Source: an uncultured Gammaproteobacteria bacterium (GTDB lineage Bacteria > Pseudomonadota > Gammaproteobacteria > UBA9214). From it: a stretch of DNA of 64,000 nt. Below are positions 1-9,968 of the stretch, piece by piece. Position 1 is the first letter of the stretch; each line of letters begins with the position of its first letter. The notes beneath the pieces are model-generated. The model was not told the origin of the DNA. It ran no database searches and saw only the letters and a program-made list of their open reading frames with translations. The stretch is from contig CAVYZN010000027.1 in the NCBI GenBank assembly GCA_963773065.1, positions 1-64,000 on the forward strand, in the 5' to 3' direction. A program made the translations under genes and the position numbers.

Positions 1-421
1 TCAACGGCCAGACGCCGTTCACAGCCTCTGTACCCTTGTTCCTTGCGCTTCTGACCGCGCGCTTGAAGAACTTCTTGATCGGGGCATCGATGAACGACGA
101 CGCGTCTACTGGCGGCGCCGCGAAATACTGGCGGCGGGAATGGTACGGCTGGGGTTACCTCTGTTGCCGTTGCCACCGGGGAGTGAAGCCGCCTCGATTC
201 TTACGGTCGGCGTTCCGGAAACACTCGGCTTCGACGTGCTTTACGCGGCCGTCAAGGATCATGGCTACCTCATCTATGCCTGCAAGTTGCTGCTGGCGCC
301 GGACTACTTCCAAATCGCGGTCATGGGAGAATTGGCGGACGATGAGCTCCATGAATTTCTCGAGATTCTGCAGTCGCTGATGACCACAGTGCCGGCGCGT
401 TACCTCACTATGCTAGCCTAG
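1..421 (+). CDS. C-terminal part of a class V PLP aminotransferase (PhnW/AEP transaminase-like); 5' end outside window, apparent frameshift
   Basis: GQTPFTASVPLFLAL read from base 3 onward; ORF 140-421 has FDVLYAAVKDHGYLIY...FQIAVMGEL, resembling the PhnW-type C-terminus. Confidence 0.5.
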   Translation, partial: QRPDAVHSLCTLVPCASDRALEELLDRGIDERRRVYWRRREILAAGMVRLGLPLLPLPPGSEAASILTVGVPETLGFDVLYAAVKDHGYLIYACKLLLAPDYFQIAVMGELADDELHEFLEILQSLMTTVPARYLTMLA

Positions 422-489
422 CCCGCGGGTGATCAAAATTGACAGGAAAAGGAGTGTCATCGGCCGTCAATACCGGGGTATTCCGCAGC

Positions 490-935
490 TGGCGCCATTT
501 TCTCGCGTTCGGTCTCGGTAGCGGACTGGCCAGGTTTGCGCCGGGCACGTTCGGCACCCTTGTTGCAGTCGCCTTTACCTTCCCCTGAGCCAGCTACCGC
601 ACTGGCTTTATGCAGTCTGCGTGTTTTGCGCCTTTGCCTTTGGTGTCTGGCTTTGCCAAAGCGTCTCGTATGACCTCGGTGTGCACGACCATGGCGGCAT
701 CGTGTGGGACGAGTTCGTCGGTTACTGGATTACTATGTTCCTCGTGCCCGTTAGCTGGGGCACGGTCCTGGCCGGGTTTGCGCTGTTTCGCCTGCTCGAC
801 ATCTGGAAACCATGGCCCATTCGCTGGATCGACAAGCACGTGCAAGGCGGCCTCGGCATCATGCTGGATGATGTGATTGCCGGCGCGGCTGCCTGTATTA
901 TCCTGCACTCCCTTCGCACGGGCGCCGGTTTTTGA
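490..935 (+). CDS. pgpA: Phosphatidylglycerophosphatase A (frameshifted; start approximate)
   Basis: FLAFGLGSGLARFAPGTFGTL near 498-560 in one frame; HDHGGIVWDEFVG, FRLLDIWKPWPI and GGLGIMLDDVIAG in ORF 621-935. Confidence 0.85.
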
Positions 936-1393
936 ACCATCCGCCGTTGTCGTTCCCGAAATCAAGTCAACGTGTAGCTACCGCTGAATGGCGTGAGAGA
1001 TAGGTCCGTGACGGTGCCGCGTTTCCGTGTCTCTATATTGAACACATTGGTATCAGAACGCTATTCAGTTTCATGCGCCAGAGCCATGCGCCTCAGGAAT
1101 CACAAACTAGCATCTCAAGAAAAGCGGCAAACTTGTCTTGGTCATTCGGATTGGTAGCCTGCCTTTCAGCTGTGTCTGAATGCTATTCAAGTCTACTTTC
1201 AGCGATGGTGTCGACAAGGGGTCGTAAGCTATCGATGTTAGTCTGCGACGCTGGCAGTTTTTCAATTGGGAGTTAGCCAGATGCACCAATCCATAACAGA
1301 CCGGTAGCAGATGACAAGGGGCTGGCGCGTGAGGATTATACCGTGCGCTGAAGATTATCGTAGACTATATATAATTGTCAGAGGCTGACTTCC

Positions 1394-1801
1394 ATGAAAA
1401 TCGAGTACTTACAAACGCAGATTGTTACTGTAGTGACCATCGCATTGACTGCGTTTTTCTTATTGCTTGCTTCTCACGGTTATGGTGGCCAGCTAGCGCA
1501 CGTTGATAAAACCGTCCAACATCTGATTGCCCATGTAGCCCAATCAGATCTGACCTTTATCCGAAATAATGTACAGTATACCGGAAAGGAAGCCTCCGAA
1601 CTCATGCAGAAAAAATACGCGCATTTCAGGGACAAGATAAAAACACCTGAAGACTTTATTGAACTGTGTGCGAGCCGAAGCCTGCTGAGTGGGAGACCCT
1701 ATCTGGTCATTAATGAAAAGGGCGAGAAAATCAGCGCCAGCGAATGGCTGAGGACCGAGTTGGGGGTGTATCGGACTAGCGTCGCTGGTGAGTCTCATTA
1801 G
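1394..1801 (+). CDS. DUF5329/YfeK-like exported protein
   Basis: Hydrophobic N-terminus; TFIRNN, KIKTPEDFIELCASRSLLSGRPY motif. Confidence 0.7.
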   Translation: MKIEYLQTQIVTVVTIALTAFFLLLASHGYGGQLAHVDKTVQHLIAHVAQSDLTFIRNNVQYTGKEASELMQKKYAHFRDKIKTPEDFIELCASRSLLSGRPYLVINEKGEKISASEWLRTELGVYRTSVAGESH

Positions 1802-2714
1802 ATGGTGCATGTTTTCAACATAAGCCTCTACTGCATTGGAGGGCTGCTTCTGCTTATCTTGCTGTTGCCTTCTTGCGCAACAACGCAGCTTCATTCAACA
1901 CCACCCGTGCACTACTACCAGAATTCAAGCATTCCGTATCGTGGTGACCGCCACTCCGATGAATACGGCCTCAAGGTCATGACACTGAACGTAGCCCACG
2001 GGCGCGGGACCAGTTTTCATCAATTGCTGCAGTCTTCAGACCAGACCGTGAAAAATCTGGATAGTATAGACAAACTACTGAACCAGGCAGCACCGGATAT
2101 CGTTGCTCTTCAGGAGATTGATGGGCCTTCGTTCTGGAGTGGCAATTTCAACCACCTGGAATACCTCGCCAGTCACAGCATGTTTACCCGTTCGATTCAG
2201 GCGTCACACGTTGATGCGATAGGACTTTCCTATGGTACAGCACTGATGTCACGACAGGAGATGTCGAATCCGCGGGCAGTTACATTTGACCCCTCACTTT
2301 CACTGGTACCCACGGGTTTTGTGGTATCGACCATTAGTTGGCCGGGGAGGGACAGTATCGACATTGATGTAGTTTCTGTTCATCTGGATTTCATGAGTGG
2401 TTCGGCCAGGAAAAAACAGGCAGACGAACTGATTGCAGTTTTACGTGCCAGAAACAATCGCCTGATTAATCATGGGCGACCTGAACTCAGGATGGCTCCA
2501 GCAGGACTCGGCAGCACAGTACCTGGTTGAAAAACTTGGACTAAAGGCGTACCAACCGGAAAATAGCAAGCTGATCACATTTCCCGTGCTTGGCAAACGC
2601 CTGGACTGGGTCCTGATATCACCCGGTCTTGAGTTTTCTTCCTATGAAGTTATCGGAACCGATATTTCTGATCATCGTGGTGTACTTGCCGAGCTTACGC
2701 TTTCTGGCTGGTAA
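1802..2714 (+). CDS. Endonuclease/exonuclease/phosphatase family (lipo)protein, frameshift near 2470
   Basis: VMTLNVAHG, PDIVALQEID, VSVHLD in ORF 1802-2530; MGDLN, LDWVL, SDHRGV in ORF 2472-2714; LPSC lipobox-like signal. Confidence 0.85.
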
Positions 2715-2794
2715 ATAATGGTGGTGGAGTCGCCAGCGTATGGCGACATTTCGCTCTAATCGCCTCACTTGTGTGCTCGTATGGTGCAAAAACC

Positions 2795-2915
2795 GGATTG
2801 ACTGTACTGTCGTGCAGGCGATCCAGTTCAGCCACCGCCTTGTTGGGCATGTCGCGGCACAGTTTGTCCACCTGCAGGACAAAGCACTGTGTGTAGAGCG
2901 GGTTTTTTGCCAGCC
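2795..2915 (-). pseudogene. Short remnant of an ISL3-family transposase
   Basis: Minus strand reads LAKNPLYTQCFVLQVDKLCRDMPNKAVAELDRLHDSTV, like the ISL3 HTH region; no start, no ends. Confidence 0.55.
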
Positions 2916-2962
2916 CGATCCCCCCGCGACAGGGTCAGCTCACATAAAGAATCCAAATTTCA

Positions 2963-3682
2963 TTATTTAGAATAAAAAACAATCTTTTTAATAAAGGCGT
3001 CGGCGCCACCTTTTGTGTCGTCAGTGTTCATTTCAAACGCAAAGCCTGTGATGGGCGGCGTCTTATCCTGTTTGAAAACATTTTTAAATCGATTGTCGAC
3101 CTCAAAGTTTGTGGCAATGGTTTGCCCCATAGGTGCGCCATTGGATACACAAAAGTAGCGCCCCCCTTCTTCGTATAAAGCACCTAGGTACATTCTATTT
3201 ACCTGTTCTTTCTGGCCGATGAACGCACTTAGGAAATACGGAGCTGCGTTGATGCCAAAAGGCAATCCGCTACCCAACTTCTCGTCGCCAAAACTGAAAA
3301 TGACGCCAATCGGCACCCGTTTATTTCCTTGTTCCCAGTCTGCACCGATTGGAAAGCGGTTCACACCCCATTCAATAACAATATGATCTACTTCGGGGAC
3401 GTAATCTGGCTTGCCAAACTTTAATCCGAACATGGCTGTCAAATTTTCGTTCGTGCTGATGCGCAGCCCCCCATTCTCAAACTTCAAATGTAACCGCTCT
3501 GCATCGAGAAACTCATCGAATCCCTGCTTCTTGAGCCATATGGATGCATCGATATTCTCTTTCTGGCCGAAATCCATGGTATATAGAGCCTTGGGTTCAG
3601 CGCGAGCGGATGGTATTTCATCCATGATTATTGCGATTCCAAGTAACGCAGCACAAAGGCACTTCTTGGAAATTAGGTTCAC
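2963..3682 (-). CDS. Exported hypothetical protein, weakly DUF3047-like
   Basis: 239-aa ORF with signal peptide; C-terminal PPITGFAFEMNTDDT..ADAFIKKIVF. Confidence 0.55.
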   Translation of the reverse strand: MNLISKKCLCAALLGIAIIMDEIPSARAEPKALYTMDFGQKENIDASIWLKKQGFDEFLDAERLHLKFENGGLRISTNENLTAMFGLKFGKPDYVPEVDHIVIEWGVNRFPIGADWEQGNKRVPIGVIFSFGDEKLGSGLPFGINAAPYFLSAFIGQKEQVNRMYLGALYEEGGRYFCVSNGAPMGQTIATNFEVDNRFKNVFKQDKTPPITGFAFEMNTDDTKGGADAFIKKIVFYSK

Positions 3683-4115
3683 GCGTTTATCCCTTAGCGG
3701 TTATTGGTTACGACAAGCGCCGAAAAGCAAATATCCCTTTGTATCTGCAAGGGATGCTGCCGACAATGCACCTTTCGATTTCCCAATTCTTGCCACCCAA
3801 CCAGTACCATCTTCGGATAAAGGCGAATCCGGGTTCGTGCCCTGCGATAGCGCACTTCATTTACAGAAGATTAGCTGTTTCCTCCGGGTAGGCAATGCTG
3901 CCATCCAACCGCTTGATAAGTCCGCGAGTAACGCATTGATTTGTAATGGCTGCTTTTGAGGTGCTTCCGGACTTCGGATTTTTGACGCTGGGCGGGGGGA
4001 GAGAAGAAGGGCCCGGAGAGAGTAAAATGAGGCATTGATCGGACTACCGGGCCAGGTAACGAAGTCCGCAGGTTCCCGCAGAAACCCGCGTCATTCCCAG
4101 GGAGTCAGCAATGAA

Positions 4116-4143
4116 AAAGGCCAACCGAGAGTGGTTGGCCTTT
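4116..4143 (-). terminator. Intrinsic terminator-like hairpin
   Basis: AAAGGCCAACC-gagagt-GGTTGGCCTTT, 11-bp stem, T-run on minus strand. Confidence 0.7.
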
Positions 4144-4149
4144 ATGAAT

Positions 4150-4173
4150 TGGTGGAGGAGTGCGGAATCGAAC
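4150..4173 (-). other. Isolated tRNA/tmRNA-like 3' end (possible att-site remnant)
   Basis: Minus strand GTTCGATTCCGCACTCCTCCACCA (T-loop plus CCA) directly before a terminator; no 5' half. Confidence 0.55.
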
Positions 4174-4648
4174 TGTCTACCGCAAGTATTCCGTAGTCAG
4201 GAGTACATGCCTAGTTTGACCGTTTGAACATTCCCTCGATCCGGCCAGCCGAGTAACTGTCAGCATATTGCAGATACGAATCTAGGACGATGTCTCTCCC
4301 GAGAACGAATCTCGCTGCTCATAGGCCGGCGTGGCGGTACTTTCCTAATTTCGATGTTTGGAGTGGGGCGGGGTGATGCACATAACTGGGTCACTATCGA
4401 GACAAGACACCTGCTGCAGTGGTTTGTCGGAAACGGGATTAATGACAGCAATATAATCCTGCGGAGATCAGTTGTGCATCGTTATGCATTGTGGTGCACA
4501 GTTCGCAACGGGCCACACGGTAAGTATTGAATAAAAATGCTGAAAAACTACCTTTCTGTCCTTTTTTATATGGCGCGTAGACCGGGCAGCTTGGCGGTTG
4601 CCTGCCAGAAGTATCAGAGGTGCCACGAAATACGCTGACATGAATTGT

Positions 4649-5632
4649 TCACCCCAGCTTTCTCGCTAAATCCTCCGCCTTTAAATGCGTGTAACGACGT
4701 AGCATCCGCAGATCCTTGTGGCCGGTGATAGTGGCGACCTCCATGATATTGAGCCCCTTCTCGAACAGTCGGGTGGTGGCCTCGTGGCGCAGGTCATGGA
4801 ACCGGAGGTCCTCGATGCCGGCCCGGCGCACCGCGCGGATGTAGGCGCGCTTGATAGCCTCGGTGGTGATACCGGGGAAGACCGGACCATGCAGGCTGCG
4901 GGGCAGGGGGCGTAACACCCGGATGGCGGTCGTTGACAGCGGTACCGTCCGTGCCTCGCCGTTCTTGGTATCCGGCAAATGGGCAGTGCGGCGGCTCAGG
5001 TCGATGTGCTCCCAGTGCAGGCGGAAGAGTTCCCCCTGGCGCATGGCGGTCTCCAGTGCCAGTTGCACGATGGGCAGCAGCCAGGGATTGCGTGCCTCCT
5101 GGCAGGCGGCCAGCAGCCGGGGTTCTTCACCTGCCTGCAGGCGCCGGTCCCGCGGTCTGCCGTTCGCCGGCAGTTTGATATCGCGCACCGGGTTGTGTAC
5201 CTGGATGCCCCATTCCTTGCGGGCCACTTCGAACACATGGCCAAGCAGCACCAGATCCTTTTTGACGGAGGCTGAACTGACTTTCCGCAACCGTTCGTCC
5301 CGAAAGTGGGCGATATCTACACCACGAATGCCGGCGACAAATCGCTGGGCGAGGGGATGTCGCATGAAGGCCCACAGACGGTTGGTCTCGGGTGCTGCAC
5401 CTTTCTTCAGTGGAGTGACTTCTGACAGGTAGCGTTCCAGCAGTTCCTTGAGTGGGGTGGATTCGGCTTCGGCGCGTGAGACAAATACGCCCTTGTCCAT
5501 CTCGACTTCGATGGCGCGCGCCCACTGCTCGGCTTCGGCACGTGTCTCAAAGGTCTTGGTTTGCAGGGGTTGGCCCTTTTTCCGGACCTGTGCCTGCCAT
5601 TGATAAGGGCCGCGTTTTCTGAAGGTTGCCAT
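4649..5632 (-). CDS. Tyrosine recombinase / phage-type integrase
   Basis: MATFRKRG N-terminus; catalytic R (AMRQGE), K (DTKNG), HDLRH, TGH, Y (RRYTH); lies just past the tRNA 3' end. Confidence 0.95.
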   Translation of the reverse strand: MATFRKRGPYQWQAQVRKKGQPLQTKTFETRAEAEQWARAIEVEMDKGVFVSRAEAESTPLKELLERYLSEVTPLKKGAAPETNRLWAFMRHPLAQRFVAGIRGVDIAHFRDERLRKVSSASVKKDLVLLGHVFEVARKEWGIQVHNPVRDIKLPANGRPRDRRLQAGEEPRLLAACQEARNPWLLPIVQLALETAMRQGELFRLHWEHIDLSRRTAHLPDTKNGEARTVPLSTTAIRVLRPLPRSLHGPVFPGITTEAIKRAYIRAVRRAGIEDLRFHDLRHEATTRLFEKGLNIMEVATITGHKDLRMLRRYTHLKAEDLARKLG

Positions 5633-5736
5633 CGCCACACTCCGTTCGTTCGCGAACGAGTGTGACAACGCTGTGACAAATAATCGGTTGGAAACCAATA
5701 CAGGGGGTGTCGTGGTTTTTAACTGATTGATTTGAT

Positions 5737-5811
5737 TGGTGGGCGATACTGGGATTGAACCAGTGACCCCTGCCGTGTGAAGGCAGTGCTCTCCCGCTGA
5801 GCTAATCGCCC
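5737..5811 (-). tRNA. tRNA-Val(CAC)
   Basis: GGGCGATTAGCTCAGCGGGAGAGCACTGCCTTCACACGGCAGGGGTCACTGGTTCAATCCCAGTATCGCCCACCA folds as cloverleaf; anticodon CAC; encoded CCA. Confidence 0.97.
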
Positions 5812-5980
5812 TATGGATCCTACGTACAAAGAATATTACGGATCCCGACCCGATGGGTCAATTGGCTTGGCAAGGGAAAACCAGGAAAATACCCCGGTCT
5901 TCCAGTCTGCTAGTATCCGTTGTCTTAAGCAGCGGATTGTCGGGTCGATAGTCCCGTCTTATTAACAAGGAAAACCAGGT

Positions 5981-7258
5981 ATGTTTGATATCAAGACATC
6001 GAGAATAGGTGTTGTAGGTCTCGGCTATGTGGGTTTGCCACTTGCGATCGAGTTCGGCAAGCAATACCCAACCATCGGGCTGGATACCAAGGAAGCACGT
6101 ATCAGAGAACTCAGGGCAGGGGAGGATACCACACGGGAGGTGGAGTCCACGGAAATTGCCAAGGCAAAACACCTGTTGTTCACCCACCGGCCCGAGGAAC
6201 TGGTCGGGTGCAACGTCTACATCATCACCGTGCCCACTCCGATTGACCGGTACAAACGGCCGGATTTGTCCTATCTGGAACACGCCAGCACAATGGTGGG
6301 CAGATTGCTGAATCCGGGTGATATTGTCATTTACGAATCCACCGTCTATCCCGGTGCAACGGAAGAGATCTGCGTGCCTGCAATTGAAGCGGAGTCCGGT
6401 TATAAGTTTAACAAGGATTTCCATGTGGGTTACAGCCCGGAGCGTATCAATCCGGGTGACAAGGTACACACGGTCACCAAGGTCAGGAAGGTAACCTCCG
6501 GATCCACCCCGGAAGCCGCTGACTTCGTCGATGCGTTATATCGCAGCATCATCGCGGCGGGTACCTACAGGGCGAGCAGCATACGTGCGGCAGAGGCATC
6601 TAAGGTGATTGAGAATACCCAGCGAGATCTGAATATCGCGCTGATCAACGAATTGGCGCTGATATTCAACCGGCTTGGTATCGACACCGAAGAAGTACTG
6701 GAGGCGGCGGGTACAAAATGGAATTTCCTGTCATTCAGGCCAGGGCTGGTGGGCGGGCATTGCATCGGTGTTGACCCTTACTACCTCACCCACAAGGCGC
6801 AGGAGATCGGTTATCACCCGGAGATCATACTGGCCGGGCGACGCATCAACGACAACATGGGAATCTATGTTGCCGGTCAGATCATCAAGCTCATGATGAT
6901 GAGGAAACTGCAGGTGGCCGATTCGAGAATCCTGGTACTCGGTCTGGCATTCAAGGAAAACTGTTCGGACTTGCGCAATACCCGAGTCGTTGACGTTGTC
7001 ACGGAATTGCAGGGATACAACGCGCGCGTGGATGTGCATGATCCGTGGGTCGATGCTGAGGAAGCAAAGATAGAGTATGGCATCGACCTGGTTGCCAGCC
7101 CGAGGCACGGCGAATACGATGCGGTGATCATCGCGGTCGCTCACGATATATTCCGGGAGAAGGGCGCTGATGGCCTGCGAGGTTATTGCAAGGCCAATGG
7201 TATACTCTATGACGTGAAGTACCTGCTGCCGGCGGAAGCGGTTGACGGCAGGTTGTAG
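5981..7258 (+). CDS. tviB: UDP-N-acetylhexosamine 6-dehydrogenase (TviB/WbpO type)
   Basis: [49 protein letters not shown]. Confidence 0.9.
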   Translation: MFDIKTSRIGVVGLGYVGLPLAIEFGKQYPTIGLDTKEARIRELRAGEDTTREVESTEIAKAKHLLFTHRPEELVGCNVYIITVPTPIDRYKRPDLSYLEHASTMVGRLLNPGDIVIYESTVYPGATEEICVPAIEAESGYKFNKDFHVGYSPERINPGDKVHTVTKVRKVTSGSTPEAADFVDALYRSIIAAGTYRASSIRAAEASKVIENTQRDLNIALINELALIFNRLGIDTEEVLEAAGTKWNFLSFRPGLVGGHCIGVDPYYLTHKAQEIGYHPEIILAGRRINDNMGIYVAGQIIKLMMMRKLQVADSRILVLGLAFKENCSDLRNTRVVDVVTELQGYNARVDVHDPWVDAEEAKIEYGIDLVASPRHGEYDAVIIAVAHDIFREKGADGLRGYCKANGILYDVKYLLPAEAVDGRL

Positions 7259-7308
7259 GCGGAGTGAGCGCCTTCTGATCTCAGAATAATTCTGGATACA
7301 AATTACCC

Positions 7309-8316
7309 ATGAAAGTACTTGTTACCGGTGCGGCCGGTTTCATCGGATCGGCTTTGTCGCTGCGGCTGCTGCAGCGCGGGGATGAGGTCATCGGCATAGA
7401 CAACCTGAATGACTATTACGATGTTGCATTGAAACAGGCGCGTCTTAAACGCATTACACAGTTTGATGCATTCACTGACCTGCGCATGGGAATTGAAGAA
7501 CGCGATGCCATCGCCGGCGTGTTCGAGAAATACAAGCCGGAGCGTGTTGTCAACTTGGCCGCCCAGGCAGGAGTGCGCTATTCACTGATCAATCCAAACG
7601 CCTATGTGGACACCAATCTGGTGGGATTCGCCAACATCCTCGAGGGCTGCCGGCACAATAGCGTCCGGCATCTGGTGTTTGCATCCAGCAGTTCCGTTTA
7701 TGGCGCCAACACGAAAATGCCACTCTCTGTCCATGACAATGTCGATCATCCGGTTAGTCTGTATGCCGCGAGCAAGAAAGCCAATGAGTTGATGGCGCAT
7801 ACCTACAGCCATCTCTACCGGTTACCGGCTACCGGTCTGCGCTTCTTTACGGTCTATGGTCCGTGGGGGAGGCCGGATATGTCCTATTCCCTGTTTGCCC
7901 GTAACATCCTGCGGGGCATGCCGATTGATGTGTTCAATTATGGCAACCACCGGCGCGACTTCACTTATATCGACGACGTTGTCGAAGGGGTCATGCGTGT
8001 TCTCGACAGGATTCCGGAGCCCAATCCCCAATGGAGCGGCGATGCGCCGGATCCGGCATCGAGTTCGGCGCCCTATCGCCTGTATAACATCGGCAACAAT
8101 CAGCCTGTCGAATTAAGACGTTATATCGAGGTGCTGGAGGATTGTCTCGGCAGAAAGGCGCAGATGAATCTCCTGCCGCTGCAACCCGGCGATGTCCCGG
8201 ATACCTATGCAGACGTGGCCGACCTGGTCAATGACGTAGGATACAAGCCGGATACGCCCATCGAGGTCGGTCTTGCTAACTTCGTCGCGTGGTATCGCGA
8301 TTACTTCAAGGTGTAA
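7309..8316 (+). CDS. NAD-dependent epimerase (UDP-glucuronate 4-epimerase type)
   Basis: TGAAGFIG, LAAQAGVRYS, YAASKK, RFFTVYGPWGRPDM. Confidence 0.92.
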   Translation: MKVLVTGAAGFIGSALSLRLLQRGDEVIGIDNLNDYYDVALKQARLKRITQFDAFTDLRMGIEERDAIAGVFEKYKPERVVNLAAQAGVRYSLINPNAYVDTNLVGFANILEGCRHNSVRHLVFASSSSVYGANTKMPLSVHDNVDHPVSLYAASKKANELMAHTYSHLYRLPATGLRFFTVYGPWGRPDMSYSLFARNILRGMPIDVFNYGNHRRDFTYIDDVVEGVMRVLDRIPEPNPQWSGDAPDPASSSAPYRLYNIGNNQPVELRRYIEVLEDCLGRKAQMNLLPLQPGDVPDTYADVADLVNDVGYKPDTPIEVGLANFVAWYRDYFKV

Positions 8317-8485
8317 TGTTTGCTCGGACCGTGATAATCAGAGCCCCTGCCGTGAATCATATAAACGGCATAACCAATGCTCATATAAGGATTTATAGCG
8401 GTGCTGAACTCCTTTTCGGGCTGGCATTTTCACATCATCGATCTTATAGTGGTTCCCATCTTTTCAGGCAGAAGGTGATTCCGGC

Positions 8486-8797
8486 ATGCAGGAAGGAAGT
8501 TGCGGCGCCGAGCCATTTGCATTGCGGGTAATCGGTGACAGCATGGCGCCGGAGTTCAAGGACGGCTGTATCATCATTATTGACCCGGAAGGTGTCATTT
8601 CCGACGGCTGCTATGTGCTGGCGCGCCATGATGAGGAATATATTTTCCGGCAGTTGATCTATGCGGGCGGCAAGTACCTGCTGAAGGCCCTGCAGGCAGG
8701 GCATGAGACCATCGTAATACCCGATCTGACGCCGGTCGCGGGCGTTATTGTCCAGCAGGCCGGGCGCCGGCGCGCCGATCGCAAGCACTACGTCTGA
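8486..8797 (+). CDS. Stand-alone S24 (LexA/UmuD peptidase-like) domain protein
   Basis: FALRVIGDSMAPEFKDG..IIIDP; no HTH domain. Confidence 0.8.
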   Translation: MQEGSCGAEPFALRVIGDSMAPEFKDGCIIIIDPEGVISDGCYVLARHDEEYIFRQLIYAGGKYLLKALQAGHETIVIPDLTPVAGVIVQQAGRRRADRKHYV

Positions 8798-8812
8798 TTA
8801 CAGTGTTCGTCC

Positions 8813-9280
8813 TTACCGCCCGGGGTCCACTTGGTCGGGACGTAACCGTATGGTAAAGAAATCATCGGCCTGTTCGACGGGAACCGTCATTCCCGCGGCG
8901 TTCACCAGCGGCAGTTCATAGTCGTTCCACCCGCGCAGTCCTGTTTTCATCGAAACCACATTCCGGTAACCCATGAGTTGCATGATGAAGGCAGCCAGCG
9001 TGCTGCGATTACCGGAACGGCAGACAAGCACGATCTCGCGGGAACGGGCCTCGACGAGTTCCCTGACGGTTTCCTCGTATCCGTATTCACAGGCGGACTC
9101 GAGTATCCCGCGCGGGACATTAAGCGAGTCCCTGATGTGCATGGCGCGGAATTCCTCCGGTTCCCGGATATCGAGAATCAGGGGCGGATCCGGCCCGCCG
9201 AGTTTCTCCTCCACGTCCCAGGGAAAATCCTCCCTGATGTGCGGAAGACATTCGGAAACCAAGTCGGTGAAGCGTTTCAT
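8813..9280 (-). CDS. Single-domain rhodanese (sulfurtransferase)
   Basis: LILDIREPEEF..HI, active-site loop CRSGNRS, GLRGW; start taken at MKRFTD. Confidence 0.9.
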   Translation of the reverse strand: MKRFTDLVSECLPHIREDFPWDVEEKLGGPDPPLILDIREPEEFRAMHIRDSLNVPRGILESACEYGYEETVRELVEARSREIVLVCRSGNRSTLAAFIMQLMGYRNVVSMKTGLRGWNDYELPLVNAAGMTVPVEQADDFFTIRLRPDQVDPGR

Positions 9281-9296
9281 CCGTCTGGAACAGCAC

Positions 9297-9968
9297 TCAG
9301 GCGGGTCCGCCCAGATCGGTGCGGCTGGCGCGCAGTCCCTGTTCAACGGCGATTACGGCAGCCTCAACACGCGAATGGACGCCGAGTTTGCGCAGTATGG
9401 ACTTGACGTGCAGCTTGACGGTGCCGTCGGATATGCCAAGGTTGCGTGCAATGACCTTGTTGCTCTGTCCTTCGGCAAGGAGCGCGAGAATCTCGTTTTC
9501 CCTGGGCGTAAGCTTGGCAAACGGACTTCCCTGTACGGGCGCGATGCTCTCGCCCTGCACGACTCGGGCGAGCACCGGTGCAAGGTCCGGCGCTACCACC
9601 GTCTTGCCTGCAACGATGTCGCGCAGCGCCACGACCAACTGGTCGGGCTCCATGTCCTTCAGCAAATACCCTTGGGCGCCGCTGCGCAATGATTCCACCA
9701 GGTCGCGCTCGTCGCTGCTGGTCGTCAACATGGCCACGGGATTTCTGAAACCGCTCTGGCGCAACTGGCGCAACACATCCATGCCATCCATTTCCGGCAT
9801 GCGCATGTCCAGCAATATCACATCCGGGTTCAGTTCCGCCGCCAGTCTCAGCCCTTCGTGGCCATTACCGACGGCAGCCAGAACATTGATATGACGGCGG
9901 CTCAGCAGTCCCACGAGCCCCTCGCGAAACAGCGTATGGTCGTCAATCAGGATGATATTCAGGCTCAT
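9297..9968 (-). CDS. NarL/FixJ-family response regulator (REC plus LuxR HTH)
   Basis: IDDH, LLDMRMP phospho-Asp, YLLKD, LTPRE..SNKVIA..TVKLHVK. Confidence 0.95.
   Translation of the reverse strand: MSLNIILIDDHTLFREGLVGLLSRRHINVLAAVGNGHEGLRLAAELNPDVILLDMRMPEMDGMDVLRQLRQSGFRNPVAMLTTSSDERDLVESLRSGAQGYLLKDMEPDQLVVALRDIVAGKTVVAPDLAPVLARVVQGESIAPVQGSPFAKLTPRENEILALLAEGQSNKVIARNLGISDGTVKLHVKSILRKLGVHSRVEAAVIAVEQGLRASRTDLGGPA

Noticed and set aside
4150-4173. Complete tRNA or tmRNA gene
   Set aside because: Only the T-loop and acceptor 3' strand are present; no D-arm, anticodon arm or matching 5' strand
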